A stretch of DNA of 64,000 nt from a virus (lineage: Duplodnaviria > Caudoviricetes), in IMG/VR virus record IMGVR_UViG_3300005365_000022, positions 24,171 to 88,170 of that record. One strand, 5' to 3'. A model generated the notes under the pieces. That model did no database searches, was not told the origin of the DNA, and worked only from the letters and a program-made list of their open reading frames with translations. A program made the position numbers and the translations under genes. Shown here piece by piece: positions 1 to 8,900 of this stretch (positions are counted from its first letter, which is position 1; each line of letters begins with the position of its first letter).

Positions 1-1
1 A

Positions 2-484
2 TCAGGTCGTCGGAGCGAACACCGCGGCCATCTGCGCGGCCGACAGCGTGAGCGGGATGTACTCGATGACGAACGCCGTCACGTCAGCGGTCGGAAACGC
101 GAGCGTCTTGCCGTCGTCGCTGATCGTCGCGATCCCGACGACCGTGCTCGCGGTCGGGCTTACCTTAGTCCCGCTCGCGTCGCTGACGATGTACGTCCCG
201 ACCGTGTTGGCCGTGGTCGCCGCCGTGACGCGCAGCGTGCGGACGTGCGCCGCGGGCAGGCGGTTGGGGTTCGCGGTTCCCGTGGTCTCGCCGCTCGCGT
301 CCAGCGCAGTCAGGTCGTACGACGCCGCGCCGGTGAGTCCGGTGAACGTGCGCTTCAGCGGGGTGTGCAGCGTCCCGAGCTTCAGCAGCTGGAGCGCCGA
401 GGCGATCTCGCTCGGGTTGGACTCGTCGAGGACGACCTTGGTCGACCGTACTTGGGTGAGAGTGGATCCGAATGCTGCGGGCAT
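2..484 (-). CDS. Putative virion structural (head decoration-like) protein
   Basis: 160 aa, Thr/Ala/Val-rich and beta-prone; downstream of the head genes; no diagnostic motif. Confidence 0.4.
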   Translation of the reverse strand: MPAAFGSTLTQVRSTKVVLDESNPSEIASALQLLKLGTLHTPLKRTFTGLTGAASYDLTALDASGETTGTANPNRLPAAHVRTLRVTAATTANTVGTYIVSDASGTKVSPTASTVVGIATISDDGKTLAFPTADVTAFVIEYIPLTLSAAQMAAVFAPTT

Positions 485-487
485 CTG

Positions 488-841
488 TCAAGCTCCTTGG
501 CCGAGAGTCAACCGAACCGTCGTGGTCTGGCCCGCCACGCGGATGAGGGAAATCCCAGTGATCGGTACAGCCCGAGATTCCACGAACCAGAGCTCGCAGG
601 GCAAGCCCTGCAGGGTTCCGGCGGCGCTCGTGACGAGCACGGTGATCGGGTGATCGGCCTCGACCAGAAGCATGTTGACGCCCGGCATCTCCGCCAGATC
701 GACCACGAACGGCGAATCCGATGTCAACGTCACCGGTCGGACAGCGGCGTCGCGCGCAAGCGGCATCCGTACGTCCAGCGAGCGGAACGCGTCGCCGTCC
801 GGTAGCGACACGAGCGAACCTTGAAGCTGCAGCGTCGCCAC
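488..841 (-). CDS. Hypothetical protein (possible virion protein)
   Basis: 117 aa ORF tightly packed with neighbours; phage-like codon use. Confidence 0.55.
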   Translation of the reverse strand: MATLQLQGSLVSLPDGDAFRSLDVRMPLARDAAVRPVTLTSDSPFVVDLAEMPGVNMLLVEADHPITVLVTSAAGTLQGLPCELWFVESRAVPITGISLIRVAGQTTTVRLTLGQGA

Positions 842-855
842 GGCGATCGGCTCCG

Positions 856-1320
856 TCAGTACTTCGGCGGCGCCTTGGGCGGTGGCTTGGACGCCCCGCC
901 GCCGCCGCCCTGGCCGTCGCCCGTACCGGCCATCTCCGCCTCGTGCTCCTGGCGCTGCCCGGCAAGCACGTTGTTGATCTGCTCCATCTTGTCGTCCAGC
1001 TGGGCGATCATGGTTGCGGCCTCGCCGATCATCTTCTCGGCGCCCGGGTCGATGTCCTGGGCCAGCTCGGCGTCCTGCTGCAGCTGCTCGATTGCCTCGC
1101 GGGCTTCGTCGACTGCGGCCTCCGCCGTCTGGCAGAGCTCGTGCAGAGCGATCGCCTCGGACGGCGGTGGCTCGACGGCTGGGGCGCCGGGTCCTGGCGC
1201 TGCGGAGCCGTTCATCGGCGGTGGACCGCCGGATCCGCCAAGGCTGGCGAGCAGGGCTGGATCGATTCCGGGCATGGGGCGAGCATCGGCGACCGCCAGC
1301 GGCCCGCGCAAGTCATGCAT
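856..1320 (-). CDS. Acidic coiled-coil hypothetical protein
   Basis: 154 aa with an E/A/Q-rich helix flanked by Pro/Gly-rich ends. Confidence 0.55.
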   Translation of the reverse strand: MHDLRGPLAVADARPMPGIDPALLASLGGSGGPPPMNGSAAPGPGAPAVEPPPSEAIALHELCQTAEAAVDEAREAIEQLQQDAELAQDIDPGAEKMIGEAATMIAQLDDKMEQINNVLAGQRQEHEAEMAGTGDGQGGGGGASKPPPKAPPKY

Positions 1321-1321
1321 C

Positions 1322-1549
1322 CTACGACCGCGATGCCAAGGGCGCTAACTCGACGATTTCGAGGGCGGACTCTAGACGATCGTCGTACCCGCTGTCGATA
1401 AGCGCCTTGACGGTCGCTTGCCGCTCGATCTGGAGCGGTCCGCACCGCTTGCACCACCGGCAGCCATCAAGCAGCGTGTCGAACATCGGATCCGGAACGA
1501 TCGCACATGCCGGATCCGCGCTCCACGCGCATCGGTGCTCGATCAGCAT
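1322..1549 (-). CDS. Small Cys-rich hypothetical protein
   Basis: MLIEHRC...CRWCKRC; start chosen at ATG 1549 overlapping the upstream ORF. Confidence 0.4.
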   Translation of the reverse strand: MLIEHRCAWSADPACAIVPDPMFDTLLDGCRWCKRCGPLQIERQATVKALIDSGYDDRLESALEIVELAPLASRS

Positions 1550-1764
1550 TTGGCGGCTCGCCCGAGCGCTCTGATGGTGGTCTCGATGTCGGCCTGTGCC
1601 CGCAGCGCCTCGAGCAGCGCCGCGTCGAGCATGCGAACGGCGGCCCGTTGCTCGCCCGCCGTTACGGCGATCTCGTGCCGTGCGACCTGGAGCTGCGCGA
1701 TCGCGATCTGCGTGCTGCGCAGCGCGGTGCAGGCGCGGGCGTACTCGATGTGGCGGTCGCTCAC
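1543..1764 (-). CDS. Small helical hypothetical protein
   Basis: 73 aa with start/stop overlap coupling. Confidence 0.5.
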   Translation of the reverse strand: MSDRHIEYARACTALRSTQIAIAQLQVARHEIAVTAGEQRAAVRMLDAALLEALRAQADIETTIRALGRAAKC

Positions 1765-2129
1765 GGCTGTGTCCCTGCCACGACTCGCGCGTACTCGGCT
1801 GCCGCGATGTCGTCAGGGTCCATCCCGGCATGCAGTCGGGAATTTTCTTCGAACCACCCGTCGCAGTGCTCGCACCCGGCCAGGAATGCATCGCGAAGAT
1901 CCGCCTCGCGCTGCGCCGGATCGAACAGACGGATGATCGACTCGATCTCGCTGGCCGACGATCGGCAGATCTGCTCCAGGGCGCCGGCCTGGTAGGCGAG
2001 CCGTCCGCGCGCAGCCATGTCTGGATCGGTGCCGCGCTCGGTGGCCGCCGCGCGCTCCGCCGTGTACTCGGGCGCCGCGGCGAGCCTCGTGGCCAGCTCG
2101 CGTAGCCTGGCGATCGCGTCCGCGCTCAC
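1761..2129 (-). CDS. Hypothetical protein
   Basis: GTG at 2129 overlaps TGA at 2126 (GTGA coupling). Confidence 0.5.
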   Translation of the reverse strand: MSADAIARLRELATRLAAAPEYTAERAAATERGTDPDMAARGRLAYQAGALEQICRSSASEIESIIRLFDPAQREADLRDAFLAGCEHCDGWFEENSRLHAGMDPDDIAAAEYARVVAGTQP

Positions 2130-2389
2130 GACGCGCCCCCTGTCAGCTCGAGACACGTGCGTCCCAGCGGCGTGAGCGCCGACATCACGGGGCTCAGACC
2201 GCCGCCGTACGAGTGCACCAGTGCGCGCCGGTGAACCGATCCGTCTATGCGGAACTGCGCGCCGAGCTCGGAATCGACGGTGATGTATCGCTGAGGTCCA
2301 GCCTGCAGGTGACGCAGCCTTGCCACGTGGCATGGCCCGCAGCGCGCCATGATCATCGCGGCGGCCTGGCGCGCCTCGTCGCGCGTCAC
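2126..2389 (-). CDS. Hypothetical protein
   Basis: 87 aa, ATGA-coupled to both neighbours. Confidence 0.5.
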   Translation of the reverse strand: MTRDEARQAAAMIMARCGPCHVARLRHLQAGPQRYITVDSELGAQFRIDGSVHRRALVHSYGGGLSPVMSALTPLGRTCLELTGGAS

Positions 2390-2592
2390 GACACACCACC
2401 TGCCGGCGTCGTCCAGACCACCCGGCCGTGCACCAGGTGGTTGCGGTGGCGGAACTCGTGCCGGCCGTCAGCCGTGCCCATGTACTGCCAGTCCTCGAAG
2501 CCGTTGGGCTGGCTGGACGCGCCGAAATGCGAAGCCAGCGCGGCCCACATGCGCTTCCACTCTTGGCTGTTACGCCTCACCGAAGCGATCAT
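2386..2592 (-). CDS. Hypothetical protein
   Basis: MIASVRRNSQEWKRMW..YMGT..HEFRHR; ATG 2592 overlaps upstream TGA 2589. Confidence 0.5.
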   Translation of the reverse strand: MIASVRRNSQEWKRMWAALASHFGASSQPNGFEDWQYMGTADGRHEFRHRNHLVHGRVVWTTPAGGVS

Positions 2593-2735
2593 CGGATCTC
2601 CGACGTCTTGATGATCGCACCGCTCGAGAGAACCAGCATCCACTCACGGTACTTGCGGACCTCGACGATCTCGAGGTCGTCGCCGCGGTACATCACCTTG
2701 CTGCCGACCATCTGTACTGCGTGTCGTTTCGTCAT
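2589..2735 (-). CDS. 48 aa leaderless ORF (not in ORF track)
   Basis: MTKRHAVQMVGSKVMYRGDDLEIVEVRKYREWMLVLSSGAIIKTSEIR; ATG sits 6 nt after a -10 hexamer and the stop overlaps the next ATG. Confidence 0.5.
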   Translation of the reverse strand: MTKRHAVQMVGSKVMYRGDDLEIVEVRKYREWMLVLSSGAIIKTSEIR

Positions 2736-2789
2736 GCTGGTAACGTAATACGCGCGTTAGCAGGTGTCAAGCGCGAGATTACGCGTTCA
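2733..2789 (-). promoter_or_regulatory. Repeated promoter/operator cassette, copy A
   Basis: Minus strand TTGACA-N17-TACGTT-N6-ATG with CGTAAT/CGTATTACG boxes; near-identical to 25310-25366 and 27808-27864. Confidence 0.75.
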
Positions 2790-2990
2790 CGCGTCGCGGA
2801 TCACGTACCGGTGGCTTGCCCCGCACCGGCGCCGCAGCTCAGCCAGGAACGGCGCTCCGCTGGCCGGCTGAACCGGCCACGATGCCACCTCGGCCTCCAT
2901 CTCGCGATCGCTGTACTCGGCCGTGCCGCCATCGAACCTGGCGAGCTCTACCAGGTGATCGGCGTCCTCGACGAAGTAGAGGATCGTCAT
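2787..2990 (-). CDS. Candidate immunity protein for the MuF-kinase
   Basis: 67 aa, ATGA-coupled to the MuF-kinase stop; function inferred from position only. Confidence 0.4.
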   Translation of the reverse strand: MTILYFVEDADHLVELARFDGGTAEYSDREMEAEVASWPVQPASGAPFLAELRRRCGASHRYVIRDA

Positions 2991-5341
2991 GGCGAACCAT
3001 CCGCGATGGCGTCTGCCGCGGCCCGGCCGGCATCCGAGATTCGGTCGCGCGCGGTGAGGCTCGGCTGCGCCAGAAAGCGCTCCTGGTCGCTCTGCCCCAT
3101 CTGGTCGAAGCGCTGCGGCCTACCGCCCATGGTGACGTGCCCGGGAACCGCCAGCACCGAGGGCTGCTCCTTGAGCAGCGTGGCGCGGTACATCGCGTGT
3201 CGGACGGACTCGTCATCTAGGCCGCGCCGTCGCAAAGTGGCCGCCAGATCGGCCAGGTCGAGGTCTCGAATGCGCGCCTCGGTGGTCGGCAGCAACCCCA
3301 TGCCCACGAACGGCTTGCTCGTGGCGACGGGCTGCTGGATTCCGGCGCGAGACGACGGGAACGCCTGACCGTTGTCGATGGCCACCACGGCCCCGCCTTT
3401 CTTGCGCAGGAAGTTCTCCGGGTGACGATCGCGGTTCCCGGTGACGAAGTCGAGCAGGCGCATCTGCTCGGCGGACTCGCGGTCGATCTTGGTCGCCGAC
3501 CATCCCGGCCGAGCTCGCACGAACGCCTGCACGGACCCCTCGCCGCCTTCGTGGCGGCGGACCGTGGTGGGCGGAACGACGTCGATCCCCATGAGCCGAG
3601 CCACATCGTAGGTGGCCGCCTCGCGCAGGTGCATGGTGCCCGGCTGGATCCCGGTTGGCAGTTCGTCGGCTGCCTCTCCGGACGTCGGCTTCCACACGGC
3701 AGATCCGCCGCCGCGGAACCTGACAACCTTCGACGCGTTGACGCCACCGCCGAGGTCCTTGGTGCTAGTGATCTCGGCGTGCAGCGCGCGCACCGCGGCG
3801 TCCTCGACATCCGGACGCGGCCCGCCGCCGATGCCTGGGGCCGGCCCGCGCTCGCCGCCCTTCGCGAGATGGCCGGCGGGGACCTCAGGCGTCTGCCGCC
3901 ACTGCACGGGGATCGGCTCGTCGAGGTCGGCTGCGGCGTTGAGCCGGGCGGCGTCCGCTGCGCCATTCACGACGAGGTTGTTGCGCGGCGTGACCCCGAT
4001 CTGCACCGGCTGCTCGAGCCCGTCGGCGACCTCCTGGTACGCGCGCTCAGCCCGCTCGAGGTCGGCCTCGTAACCAGTGGGCTCGTACCAGCCGTGGTCG
4101 GCGATCGCCTGCGGGTCGGCCGCCGGGGTGCTGGCCGGGGCGGTGAGATCTCCGTGCTCCGGGATCTCACCGGCCGGGATCTCAGGTGAGATCTCGGCTG
4201 TAACCTTGGGCGACTCGAAGCCGATCGGCAGTGGGCCCGCGCGCTCGGTGTCGGCCTCATCTCCGGCCTGATCGCCCTGGGATTCCTCGGCGGTGGGAGA
4301 CTGGAATCCGATCCCGGTAGGCGCTGGAGATCCCGCCTCGTCGTCCGATGAGATCTCGGCCTGAGATCCCCGGGATCTCATCCACGCCGCGTTAGTCCGC
4401 TGCGCCGCCGTCTCGGTGACCGGCACCCGCCGGCCGTCCTCCCATCGCCAGCCGGGGACGCCCCAGTGGGCGCGCCAAGGCACGAGGACGGCGCGATCGT
4501 TGGGGCGGTTGGGCGGCGAGGTCCACTCGCGGCCGACCAAGGAGTCGCCGACCTCGTCGCCCTGGCGGTTGGTTGGCGGCTGCGTGAACGGCTCGCCGGG
4601 CGGCGCCACCTGGCCGTGCATTGCCTCCGAGTCGACGCCGACGCGGTCGTCCAGCGGCATGCCTTCGTCGCTCACGTGCTCGGTCCAGCGCGACCACATG
4701 TCGCCGTCGAGATCCTCGGCCTGCTCGTCGGCTGCGGCGCGCGCCGACCGGCCGGCGGCCCACGAAAGCTCGGTGCGTACTACACGCTCTGCGCGCCACC
4801 ACTGCATGTCGCCGACGTTCATGACCCGGTCGATCGCCTGCGTGTGCGTCTCCCCGAGCGAGAGCGACGCCCCGAGCTCCTCCTCCATGCGGCCGACGAG
4901 CTGCGCCCCGAACCTCGCCATCGAGGTCGCGTGCACGCGCATCAGGCTTGACACCTGCCCGTCTACCAGCCCGCGGAGCCTGGCGCTCTCGAGCAGCGGC
5001 AGCGAGATCACCGCCCCGCTGAAGTGCTTCTCGAGCGCGGCGGCGTCCTGCAGGAGCGTGCGCGCGGCGTGTACTCCGACCTTCGTGGCGCTCTCCTCGA
5101 CGGCGTCTCCGAGCGGGGCCTGCAGGCGCGCTAGCCCGAGCTTGACCTGCGCGAGCAGCCCGGTCAGCTGCTGGTGCGAGAACGTGCCGGCCGGCGTCGC
5201 CCGGATCCGCCGCGTGACGTCCTCGAGCATCCGGTCGTAGAGCGCCCGCACCGGAGCGATCCCCGTGCTTCGCACGAGGCGCTGCAGCTGGTCCTGCTGG
5301 TCCAGGATGATCGCGCGGTAGGCCGGGGGCAGCGCGGGCAC
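2987..5341 (-). CDS. MuF/SPP1 gp7-like minor head protein with C-terminal PI3/PI4-kinase/HipA-like kinase domain
   Basis: N-half has RAERVVRTE...W...DDRV...MHGQ...PPNRPNDR (MuF pattern); C-end has AVWKP, REAA, LDFVTGNRDRHPENFL and IDNG (atypical kinase motifs). Confidence 0.8.
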   Translation of the reverse strand: MPALPPAYRAIILDQQDQLQRLVRSTGIAPVRALYDRMLEDVTRRIRATPAGTFSHQQLTGLLAQVKLGLARLQAPLGDAVEESATKVGVHAARTLLQDAAALEKHFSGAVISLPLLESARLRGLVDGQVSSLMRVHATSMARFGAQLVGRMEEELGASLSLGETHTQAIDRVMNVGDMQWWRAERVVRTELSWAAGRSARAAADEQAEDLDGDMWSRWTEHVSDEGMPLDDRVGVDSEAMHGQVAPPGEPFTQPPTNRQGDEVGDSLVGREWTSPPNRPNDRAVLVPWRAHWGVPGWRWEDGRRVPVTETAAQRTNAAWMRSRGSQAEISSDDEAGSPAPTGIGFQSPTAEESQGDQAGDEADTERAGPLPIGFESPKVTAEISPEIPAGEIPEHGDLTAPASTPAADPQAIADHGWYEPTGYEADLERAERAYQEVADGLEQPVQIGVTPRNNLVVNGAADAARLNAAADLDEPIPVQWRQTPEVPAGHLAKGGERGPAPGIGGGPRPDVEDAAVRALHAEITSTKDLGGGVNASKVVRFRGGGSAVWKPTSGEAADELPTGIQPGTMHLREAATYDVARLMGIDVVPPTTVRRHEGGEGSVQAFVRARPGWSATKIDRESAEQMRLLDFVTGNRDRHPENFLRKKGGAVVAIDNGQAFPSSRAGIQQPVATSKPFVGMGLLPTTEARIRDLDLADLAATLRRRGLDDESVRHAMYRATLLKEQPSVLAVPGHVTMGGRPQRFDQMGQSDQERFLAQPSLTARDRISDAGRAAADAIADGSP

Positions 5342-5350
5342 GACGCCAGC

Positions 5351-5551
5351 TTACCCCGCCCGTGATCGACGCTTGCGAGGTGGCGCCAACCCAAGTAGCT
5401 CAGCCGTCGGCCCGTTCTTGGCCGACCTGACCTGCTCCGGTCTCATGACTGCCATGAGCGGGATGGTTCCGTCGTGCCAAAAGATCTCGACGTCACCTTG
5501 CTACACGAGATAGGCCAGCTGCCTTAGCCGCTCGGCCGTCACTGGCTTCAT
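5351..5551 (-). pseudogene. Small ORF interrupted by one in-frame TAG (5501-5503)
   Basis: ATG 5551 overlaps upstream TGA; MKPVTAERLRQLAYLV*QGDVEIFWHDG...RSRAG stays open for 49 more codons and ends 10 nt before the MuF start. Confidence 0.35.
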
Positions 5552-5856
5552 GGAGCAGATCTCCTGAATTGAGCGTTGTAGGCGCGCGCTGCCTTCAGGG
5601 TGGCCGATTCCTCCGGTGTTGCCTTGGCGCGCGGTCTACGCGGCAAGCGAGCCCGGCCAGCTGTGGCGCTCGTGTTCGTATCCCGGATCTCGGCACGTTG
5701 CCGTCGTGCGTCCGCCTGGAGCACGTCGATGACGTTCGCGGCATGGACCGACGCGCATTCCACGATCCAGCGCTCGAGGGGAACACGCGCGGCGTCGGCG
5801 CACCGCGCGAACGCGCGCTCTTGATCTTCGGTCAGCGTGAGCGTGATGGTGCTCAT
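5548..5856 (-). CDS. Ribbon-helix-helix (DUF1778-like) DNA-binding protein
   Basis: ITLTLTEDQERAFARCADAARVPLERWIVECA matches the RHH pattern. Confidence 0.55.
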   Translation of the reverse strand: MSTITLTLTEDQERAFARCADAARVPLERWIVECASVHAANVIDVLQADARRQRAEIRDTNTSATAGRARLPRRPRAKATPEESATLKAARAYNAQFRRSAP

Positions 5857-6236
5857 GATAGGTCAGAGATCACCCCGACGATCGGCACCTCGGGTCCTGG
5901 CCCACGGTCGATGTCGACGATCGCAAACGAGTAGCCGCGCGCCGCGGCACGCTCGAGCGACGCCTGGCATCCACTGCACGCGAACTGCTCGCTCCAGCGG
6001 ACCGCCGTCCCCCGCTTAGTCTTCACCGGGTGCACGCGCCGCAGCGCGAGCTCGACCATCGCCCGGTGCCTGAGGTCGGCCGACATGTCAGCGAGCGCGA
6101 TGAACACCTGCACCCGAAGTACGACGTGGGAGCTACGGCAGCCTCCGCACCGAGCCCCCGGCCAGGCGTCCTCGGCGTAGACCTCGGCGGCTGGGCGGCC
6201 TCCGAATAGCTTGCTTCGATGGATGGTGTTGGCCAT
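5853..6236 (-). CDS. Zn-finger-like hypothetical protein
   Basis: Two CxxC pairs (CGGC, CSGC). Confidence 0.5.
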   Translation of the reverse strand: MANTIHRSKLFGGRPAAEVYAEDAWPGARCGGCRSSHVVLRVQVFIALADMSADLRHRAMVELALRRVHPVKTKRGTAVRWSEQFACSGCQASLERAAARGYSFAIVDIDRGPGPEVPIVGVISDLS

Positions 6237-6239
6237 GGG

Positions 6240-6389
6240 CTACTCGCTCGCCGGATGGCACGTAGGACATGTGACGGCGCAGTACGGAGGTGACCCCTCG
6301 TGCAGCGGGACGTTGACGAACCCGAGCGCCTTGCAGAGCAGCACGGCGTGCTCTGGATTCGTTTGGTCGTAGTCCTGCGACACGGTCAT
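6240..6389 (-). CDS. Small Cys-containing hypothetical protein
   Basis: MTVSQDYDQTNPEH...CPTCHP; ATGA-coupled. Confidence 0.4.
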   Translation of the reverse strand: MTVSQDYDQTNPEHAVLLCKALGFVNVPLHEGSPPYCAVTCPTCHPASE

Positions 6390-6679
6390 CCTCCCTGCGC
6401 GATCAGCAGCATCTCGACCAGGCGCTCCGGCGGAACACCCTGCTCTGAGGCGCGCGCACGAACCTTGGCCCCGACGACGCCGTTGATGATCACTGGCGCC
6501 TGCCCAGGCTCGGCTCCGGCCGAGCGCGACGCTCCAGCGAGCGCGTGCGTCAGGATCAGCGTGTTGAGGTCGCACCCGGCGCGCTCCGCTGCGCTCACCA
6601 GGAGCGCCTTCTGCTGCCTGCTGCACACCAGCGACACCCGTGCCTTGTCCTCGTCGGCGATCCGTCTTGCCGGCGGCAT
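6386..6679 (-). CDS. Tandem RHH-like DNA-binding protein
   Basis: RVSLVCSRQQKALLVSAAERAGCDLNTLIL plus a second AKVRARASEQGVPPERLV helix pair. Confidence 0.5.
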   Translation of the reverse strand: MPPARRIADEDKARVSLVCSRQQKALLVSAAERAGCDLNTLILTHALAGASRSAGAEPGQAPVIINGVVGAKVRARASEQGVPPERLVEMLLIAQGG

Positions 6680-7044
6680 CAGGCCGCGCTCGCCATCGCC
6701 ACGCGGTAGCTGGGCTGAGCCTCCGACCTCGGCTGGCTGACCAGCGAGCGAACGATCTGACGACGCCCGGGCCCGCCGTCGCGAACGTAGTCGTACACCG
6801 TGTCCGCGATCTGCGCTGGAGGCGGGTCGCCGATCCACCGCAGCTGGAGCACGTACTTGCCCCAGCTGAGATCCCCGCTGCCCCGGCCGGTGCACACCTG
6901 AATCAGCGCGGCGGATGCTGTGCGAGGCATGTCGTCCACCCACGATACTTGGATGCCGCCGATCCACGAGCTCATCGGGTCGTGTGGGGCCTGGGGGTCC
7001 GGCTCTCGCCGGTCGATTGCCCCGGTGATTCTGAGAGTCGTCAT
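6679..7044 (-). CDS. Hypothetical protein
   Basis: Start ATG 7044 lies below a TTGACA; weak copy of the repeated promoter (GTCAAGCGCGA) at about 7075-7086. Confidence 0.4.
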   Translation of the reverse strand: MTTLRITGAIDRREPDPQAPHDPMSSWIGGIQVSWVDDMPRTASAALIQVCTGRGSGDLSWGKYVLQLRWIGDPPPAQIADTVYDYVRDGGPGRRQIVRSLVSQPRSEAQPSYRVAMASAA

Positions 7045-7135
7045 GCGTTCATCTGTGCGCGCGTTTGAGCGCAGTGTCAAGCGCGATGTTGGGCGCGTCA
7101 TGTGACTGACGTTGTGCGCATGCATCGCGTGATAT

Positions 7136-7507
7136 TCACCGCTCGCTACGCAGCTGCATCAGGCGACCGATGAGATCTCCGGCCGCGTCGCGCGACAGCA
7201 AGCCCGCGACCGGCCGACACCCGTGCTGGCACTCGAGGCCGACCGCGGCGCCGTACAGCCGGCAAATCAGCGGCCTGACCTGGTAGATACTGCACCGACC
7301 TCGCCGCAGGTACCGGCAGCTCCCGTCGTCAGCCGTGCGCATCACGAGGTTGTCGACCTGCGGCAGCGTCTTCACGCGGCGGCCGGTGAGCTTCTCGATG
7401 GCCTCGCGCTCGACCTTGGCGATCGGAATGACGGTGCACTGGTCGGTGCATAGCCCCTTGCATGTGGTTGCGGGGACCGAAGCGTAGATCTCGCGCAGGC
7501 TGCTCAC
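7136..7507 (-). CDS. YkgJ/UPF0153-type cysteine-cluster protein
   Basis: CKGLCTDQC...CRYL..GRCSIYQVRPLICRLYG. Confidence 0.75.
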   Translation of the reverse strand: MSSLREIYASVPATTCKGLCTDQCTVIPIAKVEREAIEKLTGRRVKTLPQVDNLVMRTADDGSCRYLRRGRCSIYQVRPLICRLYGAAVGLECQHGCRPVAGLLSRDAAGDLIGRLMQLRSER

Positions 7508-7752
7508 CGGCGCCCACCGCGCCGCGCCCGCGGGATCGGTTTCGACCAGACCTCGATGGCTATCCGGATCTCCCGCGCCGCCTGCTCGCACGTCGCCATC
7601 CACTGAGCCAGGAAGACGTCGCTGAAGTGGGCGCGGTCGATCGCGTCTATCGCCACCTCGCCTGCTTTCTCGCGGCCGGACCCGAGCGCCGCATCAAGAC
7701 GATCGGCGATGCCGCGCAGCGCATGGGCCAGCCCATCTGGGATGCGGATCAT
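7504..7752 (-). CDS. Hypothetical protein
   Basis: MIRIPDGLAHALR...; ATGA-coupled. Confidence 0.45.
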   Translation of the reverse strand: MIRIPDGLAHALRGIADRLDAALGSGREKAGEVAIDAIDRAHFSDVFLAQWMATCEQAAREIRIAIEVWSKPIPRARRGGRR

Positions 7753-8075
7753 GGGAGCGTGTCCTCGAAGCGTTCGTGTTGCGGTCCAACGACCTCGACG
7801 TTGGCGTCGATCCGTCCTTGGATGACGGCTAACCGAAGACCGATGTTGTTGCCGACGCCGATCTGGTTCACGAGCCAGCCGACGCACGGCAGCTCCTTTC
7901 CGACCGGCGTGTCGTGGCATGCCATCACCCGAAGTCCGCTGACCACCAGCTCTCCAGGCTGGGCAATCGTATCGGACAGCGCTCGGTGCTTGATCTCGCA
8001 ATACCCGTTTGGGATTTCATGCGGATTGCTGCCGGTCTTCCACGGGCACTTCGCGCACTGCTTGCGAGGCCTCAT
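7749..8075 (-). CDS. Cys/His-rich phage protein (DUF6283-like)
   Basis: QCAKCPWK...MACH...PCVGWL..Q..VGNN. Confidence 0.6.
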   Translation of the reverse strand: MRPRKQCAKCPWKTGSNPHEIPNGYCEIKHRALSDTIAQPGELVVSGLRVMACHDTPVGKELPCVGWLVNQIGVGNNIGLRLAVIQGRIDANVEVVGPQHERFEDTLP

Positions 8076-8299
8076 GGCCAGGGCGCCCTGTCTCGCACGA
8101 TCGTGACCTTCCCGGCCGCGATGCGCGCCTGCTCGTGGAGCGCCCTGACGGCGCGCGTCACCTCGTGGCCGGCGAGCACATGCTCGAGGGCGCGTGCTGC
8201 GCGATCGATCGGCTCAAGCACGGTCGAAAGCAGAACATCGGCCTCGATCACCGAGGCCATGCGGTGCGCCCGCTCGGCGCGATCTGCCAGGTCGGTCAT
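8072..8299 (-). CDS. Helical hypothetical protein
   Basis: ATGA coupling both sides. Confidence 0.45.
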   Translation of the reverse strand: MTDLADRAERAHRMASVIEADVLLSTVLEPIDRAARALEHVLAGHEVTRAVRALHEQARIAAGKVTIVRDRAPWP

Positions 8300-8502
8300 G
8301 TCGCGTACCTCACATCTCCGCAAACCTCGCGCAGCTTGGACACCGAGAAGTAGCGAGGATGCTCTCGATCCTCGCGCCGGAGTTCCGATGCAAGAACTTC
8401 TACTGTGCCGGCATGTCGGTTCGCCTGGCACATGAACTCGGCGTGCCAGCACGAAGCGCAACGACAGGCGGAGCAAACGGTAACGTAGTAGTCGCGTCTC
8501 AT
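8296..8502 (-). CDS. Small Cys-rich hypothetical protein
   Basis: TVCSACRCASCWHAEFMC; ATGA coupling. Confidence 0.5.
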   Translation of the reverse strand: MRRDYYVTVCSACRCASCWHAEFMCQANRHAGTVEVLASELRREDREHPRYFSVSKLREVCGDVRYAT

Positions 8503-8900
8503 GGCGCATCTTTCTTGGGAGCATCCGGATCGAGGTGACAGCCGTGCCCGCGGTGCCAGTCGCGCCAGTGCCCGGCGCCGGCCGAGCGCGGCATGGCCCC
8601 GTGCGGGCACTCTTTCACGCGGAGCTTGACCTCCTTGGCGTGTTCCTCGTCGTCGAGGTGCTTGCACAGGTCGATGAGCGCGTCGCGCATCGACCGCGCT
8701 GTGTCGCGCCCGAGCTCGATGTTCGATACCGTTTGCACGCGGTGGCAGTTCGGGTCGAGCAGCTTTTCGGGTAGCACGTTCTCGTCGGCGATGCAGAACG
8801 CCCCGGTGTCGTCGGGGTCATAGTCGACTCGGATCCGAGACCCCGCATCGGCGCGCGGATCCGGGTCAGGGATGATGCGGACGAAGCGTCGCCCGCTCAC
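8499..8900 (-). CDS. Hypothetical protein
   Basis: GTG 8900 overlaps TGA 8897; C-terminal CPH...HWRDWHRGHGCH. Confidence 0.45.
   Translation of the reverse strand: MSGRRFVRIIPDPDPRADAGSRIRVDYDPDDTGAFCIADENVLPEKLLDPNCHRVQTVSNIELGRDTARSMRDALIDLCKHLDDEEHAKEVKLRVKECPHGAMPRSAGAGHWRDWHRGHGCHLDPDAPKKDAP

Noticed and set aside
3880-4110. ParB-like domain in the MuF linker (NLVVNG..ARLNAAADL..IPVQW)
   Set aside because: Only a faint resemblance, and it lacks the G.HR signature; needs an HMM test
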